From Octopus sinensis (lineage: Eukaryota): DNA of 64,000 nt. The first letter of the stretch is position 1; each line of letters begins with the position of its first letter. Positions 28,375-40,800 of the stretch are shown here, one piece after another. The notes below the pieces were generated by a model that was not told where the DNA came from, did no database searches, and saw only the letters and a program-made list of their open reading frames with translations. A program made the position numbers and the translations under genes. The stretch covers positions 1 through 64,000 of the forward strand of contig NW_021833027.1 in assembly GCF_006345805.1 (NCBI RefSeq), written 5' to 3'.

Positions 28375-30082
28375 ATATATATAGACACACATACACATAC
28401 GCACACAAACATATATATATATATATATATAGACACACATACACATACGCACACACACATATATATATATATATAGACACACATACACATACGCACACAC
28501 ACATATATATATATATATAGACACACATACACATACGCACACAAACACATATATATATATATAGACACACATACACATACGCACACACACATATATATAT
28601 ATATATAGACACACATACACATACGCACACAAACATATATATATATATATAGACACACATACACATACGCACACACACATATATATATATATATAGACAC
28701 ACATACACATACGCACACAAACATATTATATATATATAGACACACATACACATACGCACACACACACATATATATATATAGACACACATACATAACGCAC
28801 ACACACACATATATATATATAGACCACACATACACATACGCACACAAACACATATATATATATATATAGACACCCATACACATACGCCACACACACATAA
28901 TATATATATATAGACACACATACACATACGCACACACATATATATAATATATAGACACACATACACATACGCACACACACATTATATATATATATAGACA
29001 CACATACACATACGCACACACACATTTAATATATATATAGACACACATACACATACGCACCACACATATATATATATATATAGACACACATACACATACG
29101 CACACACACATAATATATATATATATAGACACACATACACATACGCACACACACATATATATATATTATAGACACACATACACACTACGCACACAAACAT
29201 ATATATTATATATAGACACACTACACATACGCACACACACATATATATATATATATAGACACACATACACATACGCACACACACATATATATATATATAT
29301 AGACACACATACACATACGCACACACACTATATTATATATATACATACACATACCACATACACACAACACATATATATATATTAGACACACCATACACAT
29401 ACGCACACACACATATATATATATATATAGACACACATACACATACGCACACACACATATATATATATATAGACACACATACACATACGCACACAAACAT
29501 ATATATATATATATAGACACACATACACATACGCACACACACATATATATATATATAGACACACATACACATACGCACACACACATTATATATATATATA
29601 GACACACATACACATACGCACACACACACATATATATATATATATATAGACACACATACACATACGCACACACACACATATATATATATATATAGACACA
29701 CATACACATACGCACACACACATATATATATATATAGACACACATACACATACGCACACACACAACATATATATATATATATACAACACAACACATACGC
29801 CACACACACATATATATATATATATAGACCACATACACATAAGCACACACACACATATATATATATATATAGACCACATACACATACGCACACACACACA
29901 TATATATATATATATAGACAAACATACACATACACACACACAATATATATATATATAGACAAGACACACATACACATACGCACACACACACATATATATA
30001 TATATAGACACACATACACACATACGCACACACACACATATATATATATATATAGACACACAACACAACGCACACACACATA
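28375..30082. repeat. ~40-bp compound minisatellite, about 40 copies
   Basis: Unit agacacacatacacatacgcacacacac(at)n repeated in tandem, with scattered 1-bp indels. Confidence 0.95.
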
Positions 30083-31736
30083 CAGGTGGAGATGAGGTTA
30101 GACAGGGAACCCATTCCAAAACTTACGACACAGCGCCACCCTTCCATGCATCCCATCATTCCATTGTGCATCTCACCACATTGCACTGCACTGCACTGCA
30201 CTGCACTGCGCTGCCTGCCGCATACTGGCAGTAGCATGGTGCAAGCCTCTGCACAACACGCGTTTGACAGCCATGCATTTGTCACTACCACCACTACCAC
30301 CACCGCCATCATCATCATCATCATCATCATCATCATTATCATCATCATCGTCATTACGAACCAAAGGGGTGACATTCAGACAGACAGACAGACAGACAGA
30401 CGGACAGATGGGTTACGAAGGGAGAAGTCCCCCATCACTGCCAATGTCACCTTTTGACATCGTCCCCCCTCGTCGGCATTGTCAGCACATCACCCCAGTC
30501 GTAACTACCACCACCATAATCATCATCATCATCATCGTCGTCATCATCACCACCACCACCACCACCACCACCACTACCATCATAATAATGATTACCACAA
30601 CCATGACCACCACCATCACCATCATCATCATCTTTATCATCATCATCACCACAGCCAACTCCGCCGCCACCATTACCATCATCATCATCATCACCACTGT
30701 CAACTCCGCCGCCACCATTACCATCCTCATCATCATCATAATCATCACCATCATCATCATCACCATCACCATCATCATCATCATCATCATCACTACCATC
30801 ATTCTCATGACTGCCAAAACTATTTGTTATTATCATCCTCATCATCATCCTCATCATCATCATCAACATCATCATCATATTATTAATCTAAGAAGACATT
30901 CAGACAGTCAGTGAGACAAATACGCAAGCAAACGGACAGAAGGACAGAAAGGATTGCGGAACAGTCACAAACAATGGGGAGCTGTCCCACCACCACCACC
31001 ACCACCACAACCACCACCATATCACGCCACATACTTTCTAACTCCCTTTCCACCTCCATTGCCACCACCACCACCACCACCATCGCCATCACCACTGCTG
31101 CCGCCGCTTTCCGGCAGAGCCAGCCATCAACCGAAGTTCCAACCATCAACAAAAGTTATCCTTCGTCTCCTCTCTAACCCGACACTTTCACAATAAGAAG
31201 CTGGAAGCTGATAGACGGAGAGATAAGGGACAAGTGTAAGAGGGCTGTAAAGCAAATAAACAGAGAGAGAGAGGGGGGGAGAAAGAAAGAAAATGAGAAA
31301 GGGACGAAGCTGGGTGAAAACTAAGGATGAGGGGAGTACGGAGGGATGGGAAATGAAGAAATCCCCAAGTCAAAATATTCAAAAACTATATATCGCACCC
31401 CTACCCTTAAAGCCAAATACAAACATCACCTGCTAAGGGGAGGAGCAAACCAAAGGCGAATAATGTTGGAAGAAAAAATAATATTTTGTTTTTGAAAAGG
31501 TTGTTCTCATAAGAATTTCGTTTCATAGCAACATGAGGGATTTTCAGTTTTGAAACCCACTGCAGAGTAACCTAGACAAGTGCCTTCTGTTATTTATTTA
31601 TTTTTTTAATATTTTTTTTGCTGTTTTTAGCTGCAGGTTAAACAATGTTTTTATGAGTGGAATTTGATGCATGGAAACTGTGTAGAAGCCTATCATCATC
31701 ATCATCGTCATCATCGTTTTAATGTTCCCCTGTGCA

Positions 31737-32322
31737 AAGGCGGTGAGCTAGCAGAATCGTTAGCACGCTGGGTGAAATGCTTAGCAGTATTTCGTCCACC
31801 GTTACGTTCTGAGTTCAAATTCCGCCGAAGTCGACTTTGCCTTTCACCCTTTCGGGGTCGATAAATTAAGTACCAGTTATGCACTGGGGTCGATATAATC
31901 GACTTAATCCCTTTGTCTGTCCTTGTTTGTCCCCTCTATGTTTAGCCCCTTGTGGGCAATAAAGAAATAAGTATTTCGTCTGTCTTTACGTTCCAAGTTC
32001 AAATTCCGCTGAGGTCGACTTTGCCTTTCATCCTTCCGGGGTCGATAAATTAAGTACAAGTTACGCACTGGGGTTGATATAATCGACTTAATCCCTTTGT
32101 CTGTCGTTGTTTGTCCCCTCTATGTTTAGCCCCTTGTGGGCAATAAAGAAATAAGTATTTCGTCTGTCTTTACGTTCCAAGTTCAAATTCCGCTGAGGTC
32201 GACTTTGCCTTTCATCCTTCCGGGGTCAATAAATTAAGTACCAGTTGCCTACTGGAGCTGATCTAATTGACTTGCCCCTCTCCCCAAAAAATTTCAGGCC
32301 TTGTGCCTAGTGTAGAAAAGAC
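31737..32322 (+). mobile_element. SINE family B, head plus three tandem bodies
   Basis: gagttcaaattccgc...ttgcctttca...gtcgataaattaagtac repeated three times. Confidence 0.85.
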
Positions 32323-32554
32323 TGTTCCCCTGTGCAGAAGCTTGTCATCATTATCATCATCATCATCATTTTAATATTTCCCTTCCTCATGCTTGTTAAA
32401 TACAGGGGTCAGTTCATTACACTAACCCCTTAAAACCGCTAACCTCAAACCAAAATTTAAAACAATTATCATCATCGTTATTTTTAATTGTAATCAGTCA
32501 GTGGCACGATTGGTAACATGCTAGACAAAATGCTTAATGGTATTTTGCCCATCA

Positions 32555-33140
32555 AGGGTGGTGAGCTGGCAGAATCGTTAGCACGCCGGGCGAAGTGCGT
32601 AGCCGTATTTCATTTGCCGTTACGTTCTGAGTTCAAATCCCGCCGAGGTCGACTTTGCCTTTCATCCTTTCGGGGTCGATAAATTAAGTACCAGTTACGC
32701 ATTGGGGTCGATGTAATCGACTTAATACCTATGTCTGTCCTTGTTTGTCCTCTCTGTGTTTAGCCCCTTGTGGGTAATAAAGAAATAGGTATTTTGCCCA
32801 TCTTTAAATTCTGAGTTCAAATTCCACCAGGGTCATCATTGCTCTTTCATCCCCTCAGGGTCGATAAAATAAGTACCAGTTACACACTGGGTCGATGTAA
32901 TCGACTTAATACCTATGTCTGTCCTTGTTTGTCCTCTCTGTGTTTAGCCCCTTGTGGGTAGTAAAGAAATAGGTATTTTGCCCATCTTTAAATTCTGAGT
33001 TCAAATTCCACCAGGGTCATCATTGCCTTTCATCCGCTCAGGGTCGATAAAATAAGTACCAGTCGAGCACTGGAGTCAATATGATTGCCTAGCCCTACAA
33101 CCTCCAAATATGCTGGCCTTTTGCCAAAATTTGAAACCGA
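32555..33140 (+). mobile_element. SINE family B tandem array
   Basis: Repeated bodies ending ccccttgtgggta(a/g)taaagaaataggtattttgcccatc. Confidence 0.82.
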
Positions 33141-33217
33141 CATCTTTGTTTTTGTTTTTGTTGTTGTTGTTGATGTTGTCGTTGTTGCCATTAAGTTACA
33201 GTCCTGAGTTTTGTAAA

Positions 33218-33636
33218 CTCTCTTACACTTTACTCTTTTACTTGTTTCAGTCATTTGACTGTGACCATGCTGGAGTACCGACTTTAAGTCAAGCAAATTG
33301 ACCCCAGGACTTATTTTTTGTATGCCTAGTACTTATTCTATCAGTCCCTTTTGCCGAACTGCTAAGTTACAGGGACGTAAACACACCAGCATCAGTTGTC
33401 AAGCGATGTTGGGTGGGGGGGGGGGACAAACACAGACACACAAACACACACACATATATCTATACATATACATATATACGACGGGCTTCTTTCAGTTTCT
33501 GTCTGCCAAATCCACTCACAAGGCTTTGGTCGGCCCGAGGCTATAGTAGAAGACACTTGTCCAAGGTGCCAAGCAGTGGGACTGAACCTGGAACCATGTG
33601 GTCGGTAAGCAAGCTACTTACCACACAACCACTCCT
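33218..33636 (-). mobile_element. Full-length SINE family A
   Basis: Matches the other family A copies. Confidence 0.85.
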
Positions 33637-33782
33637 TTCAGAACATTGGTGTGAATGCGTTGTTGTACTGGATCTGGCTGTCTGGTCCCTGAGTTCAAAT
33701 CTTCCTGAAGTCAACCCTATTTTTTATCCTTTTAAGATCAATTCTTCTCTTTCTCTATCTGTCTGTCTGTCTGTCTTCTCTT

Positions 33783-33816
<34 letters not shown>

Positions 33817-34143
33817 GCTCGCTCTGAAATAGCTAAAATTGCACCATGGGATTGGCTGATCAAGGGTGGGTATTAGTATACTGTCAGATGACAGTGCCCA
33901 CTAATGCCAGCTGGAGCAACACATCAAATAAAGTGCATCTTAGTTGCAGCAATAAAAAAAGGTAAACCGTGCAGAAAGTTAGACAGAAAAGAAAAATGTT
34001 TCTGAAGTCAATGAAGTACTAGTACCAGTAATATTCTGGTACTGAATTATAAATCCAAATAATACAGTTCTATATTTAAGAGATGAGGAATTATATACAT
34101 TGTTTACATTTGATGGATATTTGTCTTCATCTTGTTTGTTGTT

Positions 34144-34189
34144 AACACAACATTTCGGCTGATATACCCTCCAGCTTTCATCAGGTGTC
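34144..34189 (-). ncRNA. Second, inverted copy of the minimal hammerhead motif
   Basis: Reverse complement gacacCTGATGAaagctggagggtatatcagccGAAAtgttgtgtt, with one stem II mismatch. Confidence 0.62.
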
Positions 34190-34342
34190 AGGGAGAAATT
34201 TTGAACCTGGGTTCTCATTCCTAAGCTATTTTCCCAATGTTATTGTTATTATTATTATTATTATAATTCAGTTCACTGCCTGGAATCGAACACGGAATCT
34301 TGGGCTTGGTAGCCCGTGCTCTTAACCACTATGCCATATGTT

Positions 34343-34379
<37 letters not shown>

Positions 34380-34432
34380 TTGATATCGAAAAATGCCTTA
34401 GGAATGAGAACGCAGGTTCAAAATTTCCTCAA

Positions 34433-34478
34433 GACACCTGATGAAGGCTGGAGGGTATATCAGCCGAAATGTTGTGTT
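34433..34478 (+). ncRNA. Minimal type I hammerhead ribozyme motif
   Basis: GACAC-CTGATGA-A-GGCTG(gagggtatat)CAGCC-GAAA-TGTT-GTGTT: stem I GACAC/GTGTT, both conserved core boxes, 5-bp stem II and a vestigial stem III. Confidence 0.7.
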
Positions 34479-34897
34479 AACAACAAACAAGATGAGGACA
34501 AATATCTGTTAAATGTAAATAATGTAAATAATGTATAAATCTGAAATTGAATAATTAAGATAATGACACAAATTTAATTCAAAAATACAGAAATAAAGCA
34601 TTAATAAATGAATGACCACAAAGATAAAAATATACATATATACACTTAAATATATATATCATCATCATCATCATCGTTTAACGTCCGTTTTCCATGCTGG
34701 CATGGGTCGGACAGTTTGACTGGGGACTGGCAAGCCAGGAAGCTGCACATGGCTCTAATGTGATCCGTTCAGATGGTGCTTTTTCACATGTCAGTGGCAC
34801 AGGGAGCCAGTCAGGCGGCACTGGCACAACTACAATTTCTATTTTTTTATTTCAAGTTGATTCAGACTCTTAATGTTATTTTGATATATATCTATAT

Positions 34898-34940
<43 letters not shown>

Positions 34941-35298
34941 TACATACAATACATAACATACATATATATTATACATACATATACATATACATATATATAT
35001 ATACACATACATACATATACATATACATATATATATATATACATACATATACATATACATATGTACATACATATACATATACATATATATATATACACAC
35101 ATACATACATATATATATACACACATACATATATATATACACATACATACATATATATATACATATACATATATATATATACATATACATATATATATAT
35201 ACATAATATATATACATATATACATATACATATATATATATACATAAAAAACTACATATATATATATACATATATATATATATTATATATATATTATA

Positions 35299-35333
<35 letters not shown>

Positions 35334-36227
35334 GCATGTATGTACAGGATTTATTGGTCCCCGAGAGGGCAAAAAGGGCAAATGAACAACAGTTTGATGG
35401 GATTATAGACAAATAAGATGCTGCAATGGTATTTTTATCTGAGTGGTCACCCAAATGGTCAACTGACAGATACATGGTTCAATTTCTCTCAGTGGATGTT
35501 TGTTACTCTTGTCTTTCTTAAACTGGTGATTTTATAATATGTAATCATTATTTTTTTATACCAACATCATTATCATCATCATCATCATCATTATCATCAC
35601 TACCATCACTACTATCACAAGCGCCAGCACAATTGTTTTTGCTGACATCATCTTCACCAACATTCAAGATTAATTATCGTTAGCACCATCACAACCATCT
35701 CGACACCATCACCACCATCATCACTATCGCCACCACCACCATACTATCACCACCATCATCACAATCACTATCACCATCATCACAATCACCACCACCACCA
35801 CCACCACAAACACTACTGTCTTCACCATCATCACAAACATTATTACAACTGCCATCACCATCACCACCACCACCACCACCACAAATACCACCACTACCAC
35901 CACCACCACCACAAACACTACTGCCATCACCAACATCATAATTATCATCACCATCACCATCAGATTGATGTTTTTACCATTCTTGCAGAGGTTGGCTGAG
36001 AGTTCTTTAGCATAGCATCTTGCCACTTGTAGCCCAGTCCTTCATCTGCTTAATAACAGCTTCTTGAGATCATTGGCCAAAAGGAGGGTCAGCCTGTGGA
36101 GTGCAGTCGTCATCCTTCAGCCCCCATGTCTTCTCTGGTCTTCCTCTTCCAGGTTCCTCCAACTTGTGTTGCTTGGCACTTCTTTAGGCAACTGTCATCC
36201 TCCATACACAAACACATACATCATCAA

Positions 36228-36278
<51 letters not shown>

Positions 36279-36351
36279 CACCATCTTCACCATCACCATC
36301 ACCATCATCATCATCCTCACCATCATCATCATCATCATCACCATCACCATC

Positions 36352-36386
<35 letters not shown>

Positions 36387-36454
36387 CACCATCTTCTTCA
36401 TCATCATCCTCACCATCATCATCATCATCTTCATCATAATCATCATCATCATCA

Positions 36455-36930
36455 TCATCGTCATCGTTTAACGTCCTCTTTCCATGCTGGCATGGGTCTG
36501 GGTCGGACGGTTTGACTGGGAACTGTACAACCAAAGTCTTCTCTCTTGCATACAACATCTAACTCTCTTCTTGCATCCAATTTTCCTCTCACCTCATTAA
36601 ACTTTTTATCATCCATGCTCACTAACGTTACACATTGAGTGCTACACGCTTGCTTCATTTCTTCCCATCTTTCACGCCACTGCATTCCTCGCATTAAGTG
36701 CTCGTATTTTACTACCATGCAACAGAGCACTTCACAACACTTAAATCACACGCTCCACTCTTCACTCACACTCGGTAGAAGTAATATCACTCTGACCTTT
36801 TTTTTCGGCTCACTCATACTCAGGCTCGCTATGCTTTCGGAACAGCTTCGTTTGCTTCTGTTTTGGTCACCAAGGTAACAGAAGCCAGCAAACTATGTCT
36901 ATTGAGCAACTAAGCATTTGGAAAAAAGTT
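36455..36930 (-). mobile_element. Degenerate RTE-clade LINE 3' remnant
   Basis: Frameshifted minus-strand sequence has an FCYLGDQ motif and a ...LLHGSKI...NEASV... C-terminal-like segment. It ends in the ggacgttaaacgatgac(gat)n tail. Confidence 0.6.
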
Positions 36931-37135
36931 CCTTTTATGGATTGGGCTACTACAGCTAGTTTAATCAATCATATGCATTTGGTGCAAACTAAGTCATTCT
37001 TAGAGTCAACCTGCCTGTGAACCTGCAGCAAGAGGGGGGAGGAGAAGAAAGAGAAAAGAAATTGAGAGAGAGTGGGAGAGAGAGCAAAAGCAGTGCTGTG
37101 TAAGAGATGGTACTATATATATATATATATATATA

Positions 37136-37365
37136 CTTTATTTAAAGCAGCAGAAAATTCAACAAAACCTGTTACTCTGAGTTTCCCGTTGCCGTTCGGC
37201 GGACAGTTTTTTCTAGCAAAAACTGTCCGACGAACAGCAACGGGAAACTCAGAGTAACAGGTTTTGTCGAATTTTCTGCTGCTTTAAATAAAGCATATTA
37301 CTCTACCACTGGTATTGAGTACCCTTTTTTCCACCTTGTTTCACATTTATGTGTTTACTCCGGTA
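37136..37365. mobile_element. Palindromic (fold-back) element, Penelope-like inverted-end structure
   Basis: 37136-37211 and 37218-37293 are near-perfect inverted arms around a ~6-nt spacer. The right arm continues ~70 nt. The element sits in (TA)n. Confidence 0.75.
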
Positions 37366-37582
37366 TATATATATATATATATATATAAAGGGAGAGACAA
37401 TAGGGGGAGGGATTGGAAAGGAAACAGGAGTTTAGTGCTCCAGCATGGCCACAGTCAAATGACTGAAACAAGTAAAAGAGCAAAGAGCAAGAGCATATAT
37501 ATATATCTCATCATCATCATCATCGTTTAACGTCTATGGAAAACGGACGTTAAATGATGATGATGATGATATATATATATAA

Positions 37583-37615
<33 letters not shown>

Positions 37616-39394
37616 CAGAGAGAGAGAGAGAGAGAGAGACAAAGAGAGGGAGAGAAAGAGAGATAATAGTGATGTGATGTAGAGAGAAAGCATCTTTTGT
37701 ACTTTAATCACTTCAAATTGTTATGTTTCTGTGACTAGCTTCCTATCCCGGTAGAGTATTATCTATTTCATCTGTTTAACATCCATGTGTCTACTAATTC
37801 TGTGTACCTAAACACTGACCTTCTGTGACCCTAAATAAAGTATAGAACAGCCCCCTTTAACGAAAGCCTGTAATTTAAGGCTACGGCAGAAACCCCTTCA
37901 TATACTAGTGTGTGTTAACTGTGTAGACTTTTGTTTGTTTTTGTTTTTTGGGGTTTTTTTGCTTCTTATTTGGTTTCTTCTGTTTATTTGCAGTTTATGC
38001 AAATTCTCATTGAAGTGATCTGTGAACCATTTAAAGGAGTCGGGGTGGGGGTTATGTGATGTAGGAGCAAACTTATAAACTAATGGCTAGTAAAAAGAGT
38101 CTGAAACAATGTTTTTAGTTAATTTATTTTGAATTTAATTTATTTTCAGATAAAATTTATATTTTTAAAAAAATAGAAAAGAAAAAATAACAGAAAGTTT
38201 GAATTAATATCACGCATTTTCCAAAAGGAAAGTTAAGAAAAATGTTTTTGAAACTGTTTAGAGTTCCATTTTTTCCTTCTTCTTCAGACAAATAGTTTCT
38301 TGAGAAACTATTTAATCTTGTTTTGTTCGTTAGAATGTTTCATTGAATCATGAATAAGAGCATTTTCCAATTGATTCCATGTTTTTCCTAAGGCAAGAAG
38401 GTAAAAGTTGTAGAGCTCTGGAGATCATATTAGATATAAACTCATAGAGATGTTCTGAATTCCAAAATGTTGTTATGGTTGAAGAATTAGAACACCAGTA
38501 GGTGTGGTAAGTATATATGCATTTGACAGAGGGATCAAAGGTCGAAAAGTTGACCTCACCCTTGACATGTTCAATTTGTAGAGTTGATCACCCACTAAAG
38601 CATTCAATAGGTTGGCTTTGTGCAATAGGAATGCTTCAATGGAGCTGGCTGGCATTACCAAAAATAGCAGCAGGAATGATTACTCCATCATGTTATTTTT
38701 CTTTAAACGCCAATGGAACAGAATCACAACTGAAGTTATGGAATCACATTAATCAAGGACTGATTTTCTCAGCCTTCAGAAGTTTCCAAAGGACAGGATT
38801 ATGCCACAGCATACACGGTGCCGCTCTCAGTAAACAGAGACTATCACTGCTACTATTCCGTATGAAATAGGTAGCAAAGTCTTTCTTGTCTGGGACCGCC
38901 TTTAGAAAGTCAATGAACGCACAACTGTAAGGCATACAGTTGGAAACTGACACAAAGAATCCCATGGCAATTCCACGTGACATACGATAGTGGGTCTTAG
39001 CCAGAATTTCTTCAATTCTTTGTACGCAAGTTTCATTAACATCCTTGAGAAGGATTTCACCAAAGCAAAACTGTAATGGACTTTCAGGATTGGAGCCAAT
39101 TTCTAGCATTCAAATATTATATTTGAAAGACTTCTGGCCATTTGGTATTTCCTTATTCTTCACCGATATTATCTAGTATATTTAGTTTTAACTTTGATTT
39201 CACTCCTTTTTTTCTTTAATTCCCTTTAATTTCCATTCCGTTCTACGTTTAGAAAAAAGGTATCACAGGTAGTAAATTAGCTGGCACTAATTGTTATTTC
39301 CAATTGACAAAATCAGAGTGAAATTAGCTGTAAGTCTGCAGGTGAGACTAAAATTGACCAAGTTTGCAGTGACATGCATATTCCATCTACTTAC

Positions 39395-39609
39395 TTGGTG
39401 GTGTGAATGGTGGCGATTCTGGTAATACTCGTCACTAATTCTCCGAAGTTCCTGTCCAATCGCACGGATGTGTTCATGCCGACGAAGAGGCACTTCAGGT
39501 AATGAGTGCGCTCTGTCCCGTGGTACTGGCACCAAATCTGGCAGTGGATCTTGCCGTGGTGAAACGCTAGAATCTTCTCCTTCGGAGTATAACCGACGCG
39601 ACACACTAC
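39395..39609 (-). CDS. Internal coding exon of a BAD-like BH3-only protein (SVSRRLYSEGEDSSVSPRQDPLPDLVPVPRDRAHSLPEVPLRRHEHIRAIGQELRRISDEYYQNRHHSHHQ)
   Basis: Minus-strand acceptor ttttcttttcaattacag|GT at 39610 and donor CAA|gtaagt at 39394. The exon is 215 nt (2 nt + 71 codons), open and non-repetitive. It contains the BH3 core L-R-R-I-S-D-E and an upstream RxRxxSxP motif, as in vertebrate BAD (YGRELRRMSDEF; RGRSRSAP). Confidence 0.85.
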
Positions 39610-39740
39610 CTGTAATTGAAAAGAAAATGAGAAATACAGTTAGACATATATTTTAGACATCTTCAGCAAAATAATTATTTATCACAAAAAATTTCAAATG
39701 AGATATCTATGCATATACATATATATATATATATATATAT

Positions 39741-39935
39741 CGGGAAAGTTTACGAAAATTAACAAAAGATGAAGGCAGGTGGAGTACAAACAAACAAATG
39801 TATTAGTATAGCGCTCAGGAATAGAAATAGAAAAAGTCTTTTACGTTTCGAGCCTACGCTCTTCGACAGAAAGATACACAGAAAAAAACAAGGAGAGAAA
39901 AAAATGCATGTAGGAGCTAACAATCTATCATGGCG
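39741..39935 (-). mobile_element. Penelope-like fragment with a variant minimal hammerhead at 39838-39873
   Basis: Minus strand CTTT-CTGTCGA-A-GAGC(gtag)GCTC-GAAA-CG-TA-AAAG. Confidence 0.55.
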
Positions 39936-40145
39936 TCCTGACTTCGGACATTTCGCTTTTGGATTTGGTTTGCAAGATTCTTTATATGAGTTCGTGTGTT
40001 GAAGCATATTCTGTTGTGTCTGGGGAGAGTAATTTTCTTTTTGTGCCTTATAATTTAACACACTCACTGGTAAAATTTCCACTTATTTCTTATTTTTATT
40101 TTCCTAAAATTTTCGTTGCGTCTTGCAGAAAATTTTAGGAAAATT
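39936..40145. mobile_element. Interspersed repeat shared with 50391-50594, with a short terminal inversion
   Basis: ttgaagcatatt/cctgttgtgtctggggagagt...ggtaaaatttccacttatttctt occurs at both loci. Confidence 0.75.
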
Positions 40146-40725
40146 TATTTATCAGGACCGAAAAATTAAGTACCAGAGAAACACTGGGGTCGATGTAATC
40201 GACTATTACCTCCCCCGAATTTCAGGCCTTGTGCCTATAGTAGAAAGGGCTATTATTATAATTATTATCGTCTTTATAAAGGTGGCGAGCTGGCAGAATT
40301 GTTAGCACGCTGGGCAAGATGCTTTGCGGCATTTCATTCACCTTTACGTTCAATGTCGAAATTATGCCGAGAGGGAGAGAGAGTAAGAGAGAGAGACAGA
40401 CGTAGCAAGACAGAGACAGAGGGAAGAGAGATAGAGATAGAGAGAAAGAGACAGACATAGCAAGACACGGAGAGGGAGATAGATAGAGAGAGAGAAACAG
40501 ATAGACATAGCAAGGCAGAGGGAGAGAGATAGAGACAGACAGATATAGCAAGACAGAGAGGGAGATAGATAGAGAGAGAGAGAGAAACAGACAAACATAG
40601 CAAGATAGAGGCAGAGGAAGAGAGATAGAGAGAGAGAGAGAGAGAAGCAGGCAGGTATAGCAAGACAAAGAGAGGGAGATAGATAGAGAGAGAAAGAATG
40701 AGTGACACAGATCAAACGGCAGTGT

Positions 40726-40800
40726 ATCACGTGACCCAATATTACGAGCAGACGATGCATCACGTGACTAACAGACGCGCGCAGAAGGCAAACACCTGTC
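40726..40800. promoter_or_regulatory. Paired E-boxes (ATCACGTGAC x2) with an adjacent CCAAT
   Basis: ATCACGTGAC at 40726-40735 and 40759-40768, CCAAT at 40736-40740, CACCTG at 40793-40798, in a CpG-rich unique island ~1.1 kb upstream of the BH3 exon. Confidence 0.45.

Larger units (their letters stand above)
34063..34540. mobile_element. Penelope-like non-autonomous element: tRNA-like head flanked by inverted arms, each with a minimal hammerhead motif
   Basis: 34093-34233 is the inverted counterpart of 34388-34538. The centre (34268-34345, minus) has A-box tggcatagtggtt and B-box gttcgattcc. Confidence 0.75.

Noticed and set aside
28250-30375. ORFs up to 384 aa of YI/CV repeats; regular array superficially like CRISPR
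   Set aside because: Translated minisatellite with no unique spacers, in a eukaryotic context with no cas genes.
34268-34345. tRNA gene candidate (and other SINE heads)
   Set aside because: A and B boxes are present, but there is no intact acceptor stem and each head is attached to a repeat body.
39602-39604. GTG used by the ORF track as a start codon
   Set aside because: It lies 5 nt inside an exon with a strong acceptor, so it is an internal Val.
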